DNA of 64,000 bases from the human T2T-CHM13v2.0 reference genome, Homo sapiens: assembly GCF_009914755.1 (NCBI RefSeq), contig NC_060926.1. One strand, written 5' to 3'. Both the position numbers and the translations under genes were made by a program. Below are positions 40,596 through 55,530 of the stretch, piece after piece (position 1 is the stretch's first letter; each line of letters begins with the position of its first letter). The notes under the pieces were generated by a model. It did not search any database. It saw nothing but the letters and a program-made list of their open reading frames with translations, and had not been told where the DNA came from.

Positions 40596-41106
40596 TGTAT
40601 AAATCAGGATTTTCCAGGGAAACAGAACAATAAGAAACAGAACCCAATAAGAAATGTGTTGTAGGGGAAGGGGTGAGTGGTGTCAGTGTATATACATATA
40701 TTATAGAAAGAGATTTACAATAAGAAATTTATTCGTGTTATTCCAGCTCCAGCAAGCTGAAAACCTAGAAAAACCAATGGTATAGTTCCAGTCACAGTCC
40801 AAAGGCCTAGTAAGCAAGAGAGCTGATGGTGTAAGTTCTAGTCTGAGTCTGAAGGTCAGAGAAAACTCTTTTCTCAGCTCAAAGACTGCAAATTCTCCCT
40901 TAGTCAGCCTTTTGACCTTTTCAGGCCTTGAACAGATCGGGTGAGGCCCATCCACATTGAGGGAGACAATTTGCCTTACTTAGCCTACTGATTCAAATGT
41001 TAATCTAACCCAGACACACCCTCATAGACATACCCAGAATAACATTTAATCAAATATCCAGGCACCTTGTGGCCTAGTCAAGTTGCCAAAACAATCAACC
41101 ATCACA
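40596..41106 (-). mobile_element. MLT2C-like ERVL solo LTR
   Basis: TGTAT..ATCAGG..TTTCCAGGGAAACAGAAC...GATTCAAATGTTAATCT...AACCATCACA. Perfect 5-bp TSD CTAAT at 40591-40595 and 41107-41111. Confidence 0.85.
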
Positions 41107-41263
41107 CTAATATTTACTGAGAACCCTATATATCCCTGTCACTTAAGCCGGACTTTAGTCCTGTTATATTTGATTTAATCTTTTCAGAAAGTTTAAAAGG
41201 TAAGGTACAATTACTGTCTCCACTTTTCCAGTGACAAATAGTAAGTACAATGTTGTTAAATAT

Positions 41264-41576
41264 TGTTATGAACTGAATGTTCCCCCAAACCCCCACCTAA
41301 AATTTATATGCTGAAATCCTAACCTACAATATGTTAGGATTAGCTCTCGTGAATGGGATTAGCACTCTCTTAAGAGGAGACATGAGAGAGATGCTGTTTT
41401 TTTTTTTTTTTTGGTCCATGTGAGGATACAAGAAGACAGCCATCTGCAAAGCAGGAAAAAGGCCCTCACCAGATACCAGATCTTGCATTTCCAGCTTCCA
41501 GATCTTTAAGAAATAAATTTTTAAGCTACCTAGTCTATGGTATTCTTTTTTATAGCAGTACAAGCTGACTTAAACA
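41264..41576 (+). mobile_element. MLT1A0-like solo LTR inside a MIR
   Basis: TGTTATGAACTGAATG...GAATGGGATTAG...CATGTGAGGATACA...GGCCCTCACCAGA...GCTGACTTAAACA. TSD AATAT/AATCT; MIR sequence on both sides. Confidence 0.8.
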
Positions 41577-41989
41577 AATCTTTTCCAAAGATCACACTTC
41601 TAAGTAGTGGAACATCTGTCTAGCCCCAGAGCTGACTCAACTATTATGGACTAACTGACCCTAGTATGCTTGTTTTTTTGAGTCCAGCTGAGCCAGCTGA
41701 AAGGACAACAATCCCAGCTTTGGTAGCAATGGTTGCTCTAATGAAAGTGAACTTCAATCACACTATTGTTTATATATTTTGTTCGGTTAGCATGGCTGAG
41801 GACCTGGTATCCCTACTTTTCTAAGGTGACTGTGGGGAAGAAAAATCACAAGGCTTTTTGAATGGTCTAGAATGTTTATATTATAAAAAAAATCTTAACA
41901 ACAACCAAATTTATACTCCATATTCTATTGCACCAAACTACTACCTGCTCACATTTCCACATTGTTACATATCTCTACTCAGTGATATA

Positions 41990-42610
41990 CTGCAGTCTGC
42001 TCTTACCTGCTTGCAAGGGCCAACTGTGCACATTCCTTCCCCAGAGCCCATTGTTAGACATTTAGCAGCCCACCACTGACTTTATTCCTTTGTTCACGCT
42101 GATCACTTTTCTTCCATGACCTTCCTTGCCATTTTCACTGGGTTTAATTTTCAAAGGTCCTCATTCATCCTGTAAAAGTAATGTGTTGCCTATGTAAGCA
42201 ATTCTTAAACTCCTTTCTTGATGCTTTTGCAGTATTTCATGGTATGTATGTACTATTGCTTTTTTATTGTTTTAAAATTATTTAGTTGTTTGAGCTTTTG
42301 AAAGATAGAGCCAATATTTTATTTATTTTTATATTCCCAGGATATAACAGAGCTCCCAACATGTGGTTGATGCTCAGTACATGAATCTTAGGCAGGGGAT
42401 CTAATAAAAGTTTTTGAACACAGGAGAAATGTGATCAAAACACTAGTTGGAGAAAATGACTTTGGCAGTGGTAGGACAGGTGAATTAAAGTGAGGAAGAT
42501 TGAAGATCAGAAGCATGGTTAAGTGTCTGAACCAGGATGGCTACAGAAGAAATGATGTTGAAAAGTCCATGAAGAAAGACTCAACAGGATTTGTTAATAA
42601 TCAGCTGTGA
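41990..42610. mobile_element. L2 fragments, + then - orientation
   Basis: TTTGAGCTTTTGAAAGATAGAG...GATGCTCAGTACATG; GTTTTTGAACACAGGAGAAATGTGATC...GACTTTGGCAGTG. Confidence 0.5.
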
Positions 42611-42614
42611 TATA

Positions 42615-42785
42615 TACCCTTGCTACAGCATGTGTGGAGGCTGAGCTAGCAGTATCAGCATCTCTTGGAAGCTTGTTAGAAGTGTAGAATTACTAGCCCT
42701 ACTGGAAACCCAGTAAATCAGAATTTGCATTTGAACAAGATCCCCAGGTGAGTTATATGCATATTCAAGTTTGAGAATCCTTGGT
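42615..42785. mobile_element. MER5A-type hAT-Charlie MITE
   Basis: GCAGTATCAGCATC..TGGAAGCTTGTTAGAA...AATCAGAATTTGCATTTGAACAAGATCCCCAGGTGA...AGTTTGAGAA. Confidence 0.75.
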
Positions 42786-43294
42786 CAAAGAAGAGGAAAG
42801 AGTATAATATGACAAGCTTCAATCCTTTGTTTTTTAATCAAAGACTTTCTCAATATTTCCTTCTTTTACAGATTCCTTTACTGATTCCTGTGAAGTGACT
42901 GTAGGACAGGGACAGGTGAAACATTGGTTCTCGCAAAGAAAAATGGAAATAATTGAGATTTTTGGTGCATGTGTGGAAAATAAAGCCCCTTTATCCATAG
43001 AATGGATGCATATCCTTAAACAGCTCATGGAAAAATGTGCTGCATTGAAGCTTGTTTTCTACTGCATTTTTGTTGCAAAATATCAACTATTATGTGTAGA
43101 GATCCCTAAGTCCACGAGTAGCCTTAATTCTCAGGTATTACAGTGTGTCCTTCAACTCAAACTTATCTTCCTCATGGGAACCGTTTCCAAATAATTTTTT
43201 AACCCATTATTTCTAGCAGTCTTGTTCCTCAAGGCCATTTTTGAAGCTAAATTCAATTAGCTAAACTGGTAGATTAGTTGTCATGTGACAATGT

Positions 43295-43640
43295 TAATAG
43301 TAATAGTAACAATGTTCATACACATAAAGCTTATAATACGCCAAGCACCGTTCTGAGCACTCGACATATATCAACTCGCTAAATCTTCATAACAACATTA
43401 TGGAATAATTATACAGCTCTACCACCCTGAATGTGCTTGATCTCCTCTGACCTTGGAAGCTAACCATAGTTGGGGCTGGTTAGTACTTGGATGGGAAACA
43501 ACACTAAGAAAATGTAGCCTACATTTTACAAAAGAAGAAACTGAAGAATAGAAAAATTAAGTGATGTGCTTATAGTCACACTCCTAAGTAGCAGGCTTGG
43601 ATTCAAACTCAATGACTTAAGAGACAGTTTTCTTAATGAC
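43295..43640 (-). mobile_element. MIR hosting the 5S pseudogene
   Basis: GCCAAGCACCGTTCTGAGCAC...AATCTTCATAACAAC | CATTTTACAAAAGAAGAAACTGAAG...GTCACAC...GGATTCAAACTC. Confidence 0.75.
43409..43497 (+). pseudogene. 5S rRNA retropseudogene, 3'-truncated (~nt 1-89)
   Basis: TACCACCCTGAATGTGCTTGATCTCCTCTGACCTTGGAAGCTAA...GGGCTGGTTAGTACTTGGATGGGA aligns with human 5S rRNA, with CpG decay. Confidence 0.92.
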
Positions 43641-43649
43641 TCTGCCAAT

Positions 43650-43820
43650 TGTTCTGTAACTGTAGCATGCATCAAAATCACCAGGCGAATTTGTTAAAAC
43701 ACAGGTATCTGCCTTCCCAAGAATTTCAGATTCAGTAGGGCTGGATAATTTGCATTTCCATAAATTTCTAAGGTGATCCTGTGGCTGCTGGTCCAGGCAT
43801 CACTCTTTGAGGATCACTTA
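43650..43820. mobile_element. MER5A-type MITE
   Basis: GCATCAAAATCACC..G..TTGTTAAAACACAG...GATTCAGTAGG...ATTTGCATTTC...CTGCTGGTCCAGG..CAC.CTTTGAG. Confidence 0.7.
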
Positions 43821-44062
43821 ATTGTGCTACATATGACCTCTCTGTGTTTGATAAATTTTAGCTTACCTAATTATGCTTTAAAATAGCCTTTTTGTAGAAA
43901 AATAAAAACTAGACCCAAATGAATGATATGCATTGAGAATTCCCAGATGCTTTGAAGAAAACATTTTCTGATTAAGCAAATAAATCTTTTGGAGTGGCTT
44001 GTACCACAAACAATTCATTGCCTTTTCTTTACAACTAACGCTTTTTGGTAATTCCATTCCAG

Positions 44063-44120
44063 TGAGAAACAGGACTAGCTGGATTTCCTAGGCTATCTAA
44101 AAATTCCTAATACTAGGGAA
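44063..44120 (+). mobile_element. Orphan 5' (U3) fragment of LTR17 (HERV-W-type LTR)
   Basis: TGAGAAACAGGACTAGCTGGATTTCCTAGGCT against the recalled LTR17 start TGAGAGACAGGACTAGCTGGATTTCCTAGGC. Confidence 0.75.
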
Positions 44121-44124
44121 TATA

Positions 44125-44268
44125 ATGATTTCAGTATGATGAGTTAGAAATAGCAGGTGACCTTGATACTCTACTTGTTTCTGTTTTGTCATGAATTACC
44201 TTCATGCCCCGTGAAAGATCACATGACCTCTATTTCTTTACCTGTTACATGAGAGTCTTGGACTAAGT
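44125..44268 (+). mobile_element. MIR/MIR3 fragment
   Basis: ATCACATGACCTCT.TTTCTTTACCTGTTACATGAGAGTCTTGGACTA. Confidence 0.45.
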
Positions 44269-45388
44269 TTACTTGTTTCCTTTGTCTTAATCCCATAAAT
44301 GAACAATTCAGGATTGAGGGCCAACTATCTCCCATCAGAAGGAGATTAGAGGCCCTACTGCAGAGTTACTTTATGTTGTTGCAATGATGCCCATGGCTTT
44401 CTTGTTGCCAAAAAGGAGGAAATAAAAGAGAACTCTGTCAGCAGTGTACTAATCATGAATCTATGCAACAGTGACAGTTAATCTTCTCTTCCTATTAATA
44501 GATGCAGATGCCTAAGGGCTTAACATTTTCCTACTAGCTTAATAAGGAGAAAAAGATTGAAGGGGAAGCAGAGATGCCTAATTGCATAGCCAGCAGCTAT
44601 TACAGTGTTGCTCAAAGGGAGAAACTCAAGAGAAAGAGGCAAGATGGAAATTCAGCATTGGCCATGCCAGCAAGTTGTCCCCTAAGGAAATTAAAAGAAA
44701 GTCGTTTTGATCTGTTTTGGTGCATCTCTAGGAGAATATTCAATTAAGAACCCAGATGAGCTTTCACTCACCGTGGTGCCTGCACAGCTGTATAAAACAA
44801 AGCTGAAGATATATTGATCTTCCTGAGAATGCCATGGAATACTTACTGCAAATTCACAAAAGAAAAATAAAGCTAAGTCTTCCTGGCTTTACAAAACCAT
44901 TTTGATTTTCAATTCAGGAAGTCATCTTACTGTGCTTAGGTGTTTCACTGGCATTTGAACATAGGAAGGTTGTGACAGGGAAAGGGACATGTATGCTTAT
45001 AAAATGAAAAAAAATTCACTTGTGACTTTGAATTTTTTCTAGTTTCATTTATAAATTAAATGGATTTCTGTTACATCTCTAAGTACCATATTCTGACAGT
45101 CACTCTGGTTCCTCAAATAATGTATTCCCAATAGAGGAAAAATAGTACCTTAAAAATAACGTATTAATTAAGAAATAGACAGTTACATAAAAAAGCTAAC
45201 ACATTATTTACACATTAAATATACTTACCTTTAAACAACTTCCTCACTAACGAATAGCCACTATATAGACTATTAAAATGATGCTTTGTAAGCTCCTATT
45301 CTGAGATTATAAGTAATGTCTTGATGGACCACATTGAGTAGCAATTAATCAAATTTAAATTAAACAATCATGCTTGAGTGCTTACTAT

Positions 45389-45981
45389 TGATATTGGTGG
45401 GCTCGGAGAGGTCCCCAAATGCCAGTGGGACATCGACCCCAGTTAGTGTTCAGGCTTTTGACACCACTGTGGGAACGAATTCCGGGCTGAGTCAAAAAAT
45501 AGTGAAAGTATGACAATTTCTTGCAAAGTGAAAAGTACACACTCAAGAAAAGGGAGTGAAGGTATACTCAGAGAGTCTCATACAAGGGGGTTTGGGGCTT
45601 CTTACCTTTATGGGTTTCTTCAACCCAGGGGTGGAATATTGATGAAGATTCTTAGAAAAAGGTGAAGATTTTTTGGAACTGTGATGCCACCCATTTTTAC
45701 ACCAACTATAGATGTTTCCAGAACTGTCATGGCACTGGTGAGTGTGGTAATTTAGCATATTAATGACTATGTAATAAGGTCCTAGATGAAACCTGGGTCA
45801 AATCCAACACCATGTTGGGTCCAGTGAGTGTTAGCCAGCTTGGCCCATATCTTGTTTTTCAGGATCTTATAGGCCCCTAGCTTATGAATCTATTTCAACA
45901 GTTTCCTTTTGCTAGTCATGTGAAACTGCTGCCTAGAATTTTTCTATTCTCTGGCGATCACTCTGTATTATTCCTGTCTCA
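45389..45981 (-). mobile_element. ERV1 (MER4-group) solo LTR, 593 bp, inserted in an L2
   Basis: TG...ATTATTCCTGTCTCA termini; perfect 4-bp TSD CTAT at 45385-45388 and 45982-45985. L2-like GAGTGCTTACTAT|GAGCCAAG...TGCTAGATGCTG is rejoined across it. Exact family uncertain. Confidence 0.8.
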
Positions 45982-46093
45982 CTATGAGCCAAGTCTTCTG
46001 CTAGATGCTGAGCACACAGATATGAAAAAGAAAATTGCCTAGCATCCAGTGAGTTAGTGAGGAAGCAATTCCATTTAGAAATAAGAAAACCTT

Positions 46094-46807
46094 TGAAACC
46101 ACCTTTGCACAAATTATAGAAACGAGAAAAGGATGACAGTGGAATATACCTGATCTAACCAGCCCCCAACTTACCTATAGCCTCCAAACTGCCCTTAATC
46201 ATCGCTAGGCTTGGGCCAAGCTATCTTTGGGAGAAATTTAGTTTATAGTTTAAATGATAATAGCCCTTCCCCAAAACTAAACCACCTTGGAAAAGTTAAT
46301 GAAAGGCCTGCCAAGTTAGGAGGATGAGAGGAGCCTGAATTCTGCTAAGGTGTAGACATAAAGGATTACCAGCCATTATTCCAGAAGCTGTAAGATTTGC
46401 AACTTCCCTAATTACTCCTGCAGATAATATCACTATTGTAGCACTTAAGATTGGCCTTTTGAGATGTCTTTTCAGGATTTTGCATTTCTGATGACCAATG
46501 GCTCCACCCAGACCGCCAACAAATCCTGTGGCCACACCCAGAGGCTGGCTCAGTGCACATGAGGACCATTTTCCACACCCCTATGATTACATTGCCAACC
46601 AATCAGACGCAGACATTCCCTTACCCGCCAAATTATTCTTGAAACCTCTAGCCTCTGATTTTTGTGGGAGTCTGATTTGAGTAATAATAAGGTCTCTTGT
46701 TCAGCCTGCTGTGCGTGAATTAACCTCTTTCTCTGTTGCAATTTTCCTGTCTTGATAAATAACCTCTATCTGGGCAGTGGGCAAAATAAACCCATCGTGC
46801 AGTTACA
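46094..46807 (+). mobile_element. LTR8A-like ERV1 solo LTR, 714 bp
   Basis: TGAAACCACCTTTGCA...GGGAGAAATTTAGTTTATAGTTTAAATGATAATAGCCC...GCAGTTACA. Perfect 4-bp TSD CCTT. Confidence 0.9.
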
Positions 46808-47577
46808 CCTTATCTACTTAACTTCTCATATTTCTCCAATGTGGGAAAGGTGTGTTTGAATTCTGGGAAGCATGAGGTGACTCATATTTGTTACAACACT
46901 AAAAAAAATTGTGAATTTTCATTATTCTGTTATTAATTTCTGCTCATGTTTTAATCTGTTGTTTGTCTAATGTCTTACATTACTATGTCCATAATTTATT
47001 AATCTGTACTATAGTGTCTTGTACATGTAAGCTCCCTGTTCTATCCAAAGTTGAGGTTCCTCATCTCTAATATAAAGATTATATATTTAAGGGATTTTTA
47101 TGAGAATTAAATAATATCATAAAAAGAAAATGTTTTTTAGAAAACCAAAAATCACCTTAAAATGTAGGCTTTTATACAGAAGTGTTTTGTACTATGGGCA
47201 ACAATTTAAGCTCACAAGATGAATACATTATGATCTTGATAGTTTAATATTTATTTGTTATTGTGTTATATCCGAAAGAGGTTGTCAACATGGAGATGAC
47301 TATTTCATTACTTTTTGTGGAAAAATGAATTTCATCAGAGTGATCACACCTTGACTATAATTTATAAGTATTTACTTACAACTCCCCCTTTTCATTGCAA
47401 CAATGACTAATCATGCATCATCTAAGATGGATTATATGAGTGATTTAAGAAACATTGAATTATTTAACCTGATTGAGGGTTTAGATATTCAAGAGAGTTG
47501 AAATTGTCAAAAGAGATACTTGTGAATAGGAGAGATTGCATTGTTCATATTTAAAATTGTGGAGCCTAAGATACAGA

Positions 47578-47877
<300 letters not shown>

Positions 47878-49548
47878 AGAAACAGATATTTTAAACTAAA
47901 CTTCTCATTCTAGTCTTGTTGACTTTGCATTAATTGCAGTTTTGTACAGATACTCCTTTGCAGTAAGAAAGAGACTTGGGGAAGTACACTCTCATGTGTC
48001 ATAACCAGCTCATGGGGAGAAATTACTTTGGACATTATTTGAACCAAAATGTATTTATTGTTTGAATAAAAATGTATTATAGGAATGAATTTCAAATTGA
48101 GATTAATATAAATCTTTTTATTCAGATACTATAAAAATGATCTATAATATATACTACATTATTTCATTTTTTAAAATGACATTTTCATAAGCTCACATAA
48201 AGTAGATTTCACCTCAACTCTTCAGTTGGCATTAACAAGTCAATTATTATTGTGTTTAGCTGTAGGGAAACCATTAGGACATTGATAAGACATCTTAACT
48301 GTGATGAGAGCAATTGTGAATGTAAGGGGTAGCAGTTTGTAGAATGCAGTGAGATTAATCTGTAGTGTACTTCATAGGGATTGGTAAAATCAGGCAATTC
48401 ACCAGGACACAGTACCTTTCCTAAATGACTCATTTCTCTGTTAGAGAAAAAATAGTTTAATAAATAAAAGATACTTTGTAAGAATTAGTTTCTTTAAGAG
48501 CAAAGACCAACATATAAACTGAAAACTTGATGCCTTTCTCTGCTCTTTTGTTTGCACTTTCTTCTTGTGGTGTTGTATTCTCCTTGTCCATCCAGTGTGA
48601 GAGTAATCTGTTTCCCAAGGACGTATGGTAATAAAATGTAAAGAGGGGTTTTTAAAGTATAACAGTGTATTTAAGCTGTCTTTTCCTTCCTATGCAAAGT
48701 TATTTACCTTTTTAAAACAATTGAATGGCCTTATGGTATTTCACAGTAACATGATTTAATGCCATTTCCCTATTAATAAACTTTTAAGCTCTCTCTGTAT
48801 TTTTACTATTGGAAACAATGTGACAAGGAGCACACTTGTATTATTGTGCACAACTGACTATTTGTATAGAATAGATTCCTAAATAATCTTTCTGGGACAA
48901 AGAAATGTATATACAGAATTTCACAGATATTGCTAACTTTCCCTCCAAAAAGCTTATGCCAATTTATACAAAAATAAACAATTGAACAAGGGCAACTTAC
49001 CTTCCCAATATTTTCAATCCTCTTTAAGAACTTTTTTAATATGTAGCCTATTTCTTTTAAAGCTGTGAAGTCATTATTTTACTTGATAGTTTTATGCTTA
49101 ACATTACATATTTCTACAATGAAGAATTTTCTTTCTAGATAAGTTTCTTTCTAGATAGGAAATTTCTGAAGGGGGATGAGAATAGCATTGGAATTCTCCA
49201 AAAAGCCAAGTTTGTGGTTTTCAGAAAAAATTCACTTGTGATATACTAACTTTGTTAAATAAAAGGTGACTTCTTAAGGTGTGTGATTGTCATTATGATG
49301 TGTATATATGAAGGACGTCTAGGATTATGTTTGAAGCATTGTATAATACTGCAATTTAACTTGTCTCTTAAGAAACAGAAAAATAAAAATTAATCTATGT
49401 TGGTTGAACAAAACATAGTGCTTACAATTAGTCAGACACAAGAAAATAAAGTTGTTATTCATTAAAATGGCAAATTCAAAATTGGCCTCATTTTTATACT
49501 TAAATCTCTGTATGTACATATATTTTTGCATAAAGAAAGACTTTCCTT

Positions 49549-49861
49549 GAAAGAAGAGGAATAACACAAAAGGGTAGATACTGTGTGATTCCATTTATAT
49601 GGTATTCTAGAAAAGGCAAAATAATGAGACAGAAATTAAATCAGTAGTTGCCAGAGGCTGGGATGGGGGAAGGAGATTGACTGCACAGTGGCCTAAGGGA
49701 ACTTTTGAGGTGATGGAGATGTTCTATGTCTTGATTCTGGTGTGGTTACCTAACTGTCTGTGTGTCAAAACCAATCTTACTGTATACTTTAAAAGGGGGA
49801 ATTTTACTGTATATATCATATCTCAATAAACCTCCCTTGAAATTTTTAAAAAGTTTTAAAA
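49549..49861 (+). mobile_element. L1ME1/2-like 3' end
   Basis: ATACTGTGTGATTCCATTTATATG...GTTGCCAGAGGCTGGG...TCTCAATAAA; flanking AAAGACTT(T)CCTT may be a TSD. Confidence 0.75.
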
Positions 49862-50427
49862 AAAGACTTCCTTACCAAATTCCTGAGTATAAATGATGAA
49901 ACAACATTTATATAAGAAGAGTGAGGAAAAGGCTGTTTTTCAGTACATTAAAATGATTTTTTTTACCCCCAGAATAGCTCCTGGCCTTATAAATTGAGAC
50001 ACTTATAAAAGAAATGATTCCCTAGCCTTGGTACTTGACTAATGTTATAACACTAAAGACCAGTTGACACTGCATAATGATTACATGTGACAGTGGCTTT
50101 CTAAATATGTCCCTGATTTTTCCTTGAAAACCACTTTAGGTTTTAGAAACGCCAGCTCTGAATAAATGTTTCTGTAATATACTTTTACTTTCAGGTTTTG
50201 AGATTTATTCATCACAACTTGCTGTTCTGAAAGTTCTCACAATTGCAAGTCGCTAAACATTACACAAGTTACTAAATAATTTTATGCAATATTAGTTCTT
50301 CTAAATAAATTTTCAATGTGTTTAAAAATGGAGTGTTTTGAGTGTGTTAATGAGATTACTTAATATCTCATAAGATATTATTTTAAAATTTTATTGTAGA
50401 AATAATAGCACTAAATACTATAAGTAA

Positions 50428-50716
<289 letters not shown>

Positions 50717-51163
50717 ATGGTGACATTTAAATCTAGTATTTTATTCTAGAAGAAATAAAACCATAATACCATGTTTACATAAAAGATTGGATTGTCAAAA
50801 CAGACTCATATGAATCACAATTAACCAAAAAAAAAAAAAAAAACTCTCACTGGTACTACACAGAATACATATGGTCAATGACTAGAATAGTGACTAGCTA
50901 TTGTTCTGTAAATCCTTAATTTATTCAAGATTTCTATTTGTCTTTAAGTCAGTTTTTATAAGTTGGATATTTCTGGAAATTTGTCAATTTCACTCATATA
51001 CATTTTCAAATTTCTTGGTATAATGTTCATTCAAATCATATTTTGATGTTTGTAATCCATATATAATCTATAATATATAATATATACATATGTATATATA
51101 AATATGTATGTATATACTCTATATAATATGTAATCTATAGTAATGTACCCATTTTCTTTCTGA

Positions 51164-51535
<372 letters not shown>

Positions 51536-51741
51536 TAAATCTTATTTATATTGTCAAAAAAATCAACTTTTAGCTTTGTGGATTCTTCATTATATGATTG
51601 TTTCCATTTCATTATTTTCTACTTTCATTTTTATTATGTCCTTCCTTCTAGTTTCTTTTAGGATTTGTGTGCTGGGTTTTTTAATCCTCTAACTCTTGAG
51701 AAGAATGCTTTATTAATAAAATTTTTTTTATTTTTATTTTT

Positions 51742-52675
<934 letters not shown>

Positions 52676-53769
52676 CTTCATTCATTTAATAACATAGATT
52701 TATCTTGATACATTTCCTTCAAACTAGTATTTTAGCTGTATCTCTTGCATTTTGATATGTTGTGTTTTCATTATGGTTTAGTTTAAAATACCTTTTAAGA
52801 TTCTATGATCCATTTGGTACTTGTATTTGTATTTGAAACCTACCAAACTTGGAATTTTCTAGTCATCTTATTGATTTCTAGCTTAATTTCATATGTTCAA
52901 AGAAACTTTAACAAGTATTCTACCACATAAATATACAAATCTGTTTACTCTTTCTATGGGTAGCATTTGGATATTCACAGATTTGTGGTTGTGTGTATGT
53001 GTTTATTCAGTAGATTTGTGGATTTGTTTTTTAGCTTTATATGACTGTAGCCTTATAGACTTTGTATAATTTATATAGCTTTGGATATAACATAAATTTA
53101 TGGGTAACATTTCGTTAGACTTATATTACTGTAAAGTTCTGCTTCATTGATTTTGAAACTATTTTATTATGTTCATATACATTTAGCAATGTTATACCTC
53201 TTTGGTGAACTGAAAGATTTTTATTAGCAGTATCATTCTAAATTTCTAATTGTGCTTTTCTGAGTTCAAAGCTATTTTTCCTTTTTACTAATATAACTAA
53301 AAAGGATTTAATTTGAGCAGTCTTTGAATGTTATTTTCTATTTCTTCACATTAAACTTCTGTATGAATATGTTTTATATATATTTCTCATAAAGGACATG
53401 TAATTTTGTTTTTAAATTAAATATATCATTCTGTGCTTTTTTAGCTAGTCCATTCATTCTTGTCATTTGAAATGGGTGTCATTAATGACCTATTTCCATT
53501 TGAGTTACCCATCTTATTATATGTTCCCTGTTTGTCCCTGTAGTTCTGTGCTTGTCTCCATTCAAAATTTTTCTTTTATATTAAGAGTTTTAATTTTTTT
53601 CTTCTGCTGCTTGTATAAAGTTATAGTATCTCCTTTTATTTTTGTTTTCATTGTAGAAATTAAAACATGCATGCTTAACTTAATATTTTCTCACAGTAGT
53701 CAATATATATTACTCTTCTCAGATGTTACAAGTATCTTTGAATATTTTAACATAATTCCCAGAGCTCTA

Positions 53770-54152
53770 AACATTCTCTACCCCTGGTTATTCAATCAAA
53801 CACTAATCTACGCATTACTGTGAAGAGATTTTGCAGATATAATGCAAATCACAAGTCAACTGACTTTCAGGTGCTGAGATGATCTGGGTGAACCTGACCC
53901 AATCAGGTAAGCGCTTTAAAACCAAGAATTTTTGCTGTCTAGTGGTAGAAGGGGAAGGTAGATTCCTAACACCAAAATGCTTTAATATGCTATTGCTAGT
54001 TTGAAGATGGAGAGGCTCCATGTGACAAGAAATGAAAATGACCTCAATAAGCTGAGAGCAGCTTGTGCTGTTAGCTAGCAAAAGACTTCAATCATAAACC
54101 TGCCAGGAACGGAATTCTGCCAACAACCTGAATGAACTGGATTCATCCCCAC
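53770..54152 (+). mobile_element. MLT1E-like MaLR LTR fragment
   Basis: GATTTTGCAGAT...CTGGGTGAACCTGACCCAATCAGG...TTTGAAGATGGA...GAATTCTGCCAACAACCTGAATGA. Confidence 0.75.
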
Positions 54153-54812
54153 TTATTCATGCTTTTCTGTATCCTTATGTAACTGATTATACTTTTGTGT
54201 TGCCTTTGCAAAAGAATATATGAGTCATTTTTTAAGGTTGCTACCTGGATGACTGGGGGCGCTCAACTGGACCCTTTCTTAGGCAGGCTTTGGACTTCGG
54301 CTTCAGTCACGCATTGGCCCTGGAGTTCATCAACATCAAAGCTCAATTCACCACTCTGTTTCATGAATATTGATCTCCTAAAGTATTTAATAGTTTCTCA
54401 ACAAATTTCTGGGTTACTAAGTGCTTGCAGCTCTTAATTGTCTGAAAATATCTTTATTAGGTAGCCTTATTCTTGATGTTAGTTTAGCTTGACATAAAAT
54501 TTCAGTTCAGAATTATTTTTCCTCGGCATTTGAGATTTTTTTCCTGAGATGTAGGCTATTAACTACGTGGTTTTTCCCTTCTAAGTAATCTGGCTTTTCT
54601 GATCAATAGTTTTCATGTTTTATTTCCTTTTGTACATTATTTTATTTACTTTTATAATTATACCCTAAATATAAATATGTTTCTACTAGGCGGCTTTTGT
54701 TGAATCATTTCAATTTGAACATTAATATTCTCAGTTCTGTAAAATTTCCATTCATTATCTTTTCAAGGCGCAATCTCTTTCTTTCAATCTAAAACTCATG
54801 ACAGAAGTTTGA

Positions 54813-55530
<718 letters not shown>

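Noticed and set aside
42895-43194. 99-aa plus-strand ORF in unique-looking DNA
   Set aside because: Non-ATG start, no recognisable domain or splice structure, and a length expected by chance.
49127-49159. Short 15-17 bp tandem duplications (also ~16793-16820 and ~40620-40653)
   Set aside because: Ordinary slippage micro-duplications with no wider pattern.
51055-51145. AT-rich quasi-palindromes (also ~24270-24300 and ~29094-29107)
   Set aside because: Low-complexity TA sequence produces palindromes trivially.
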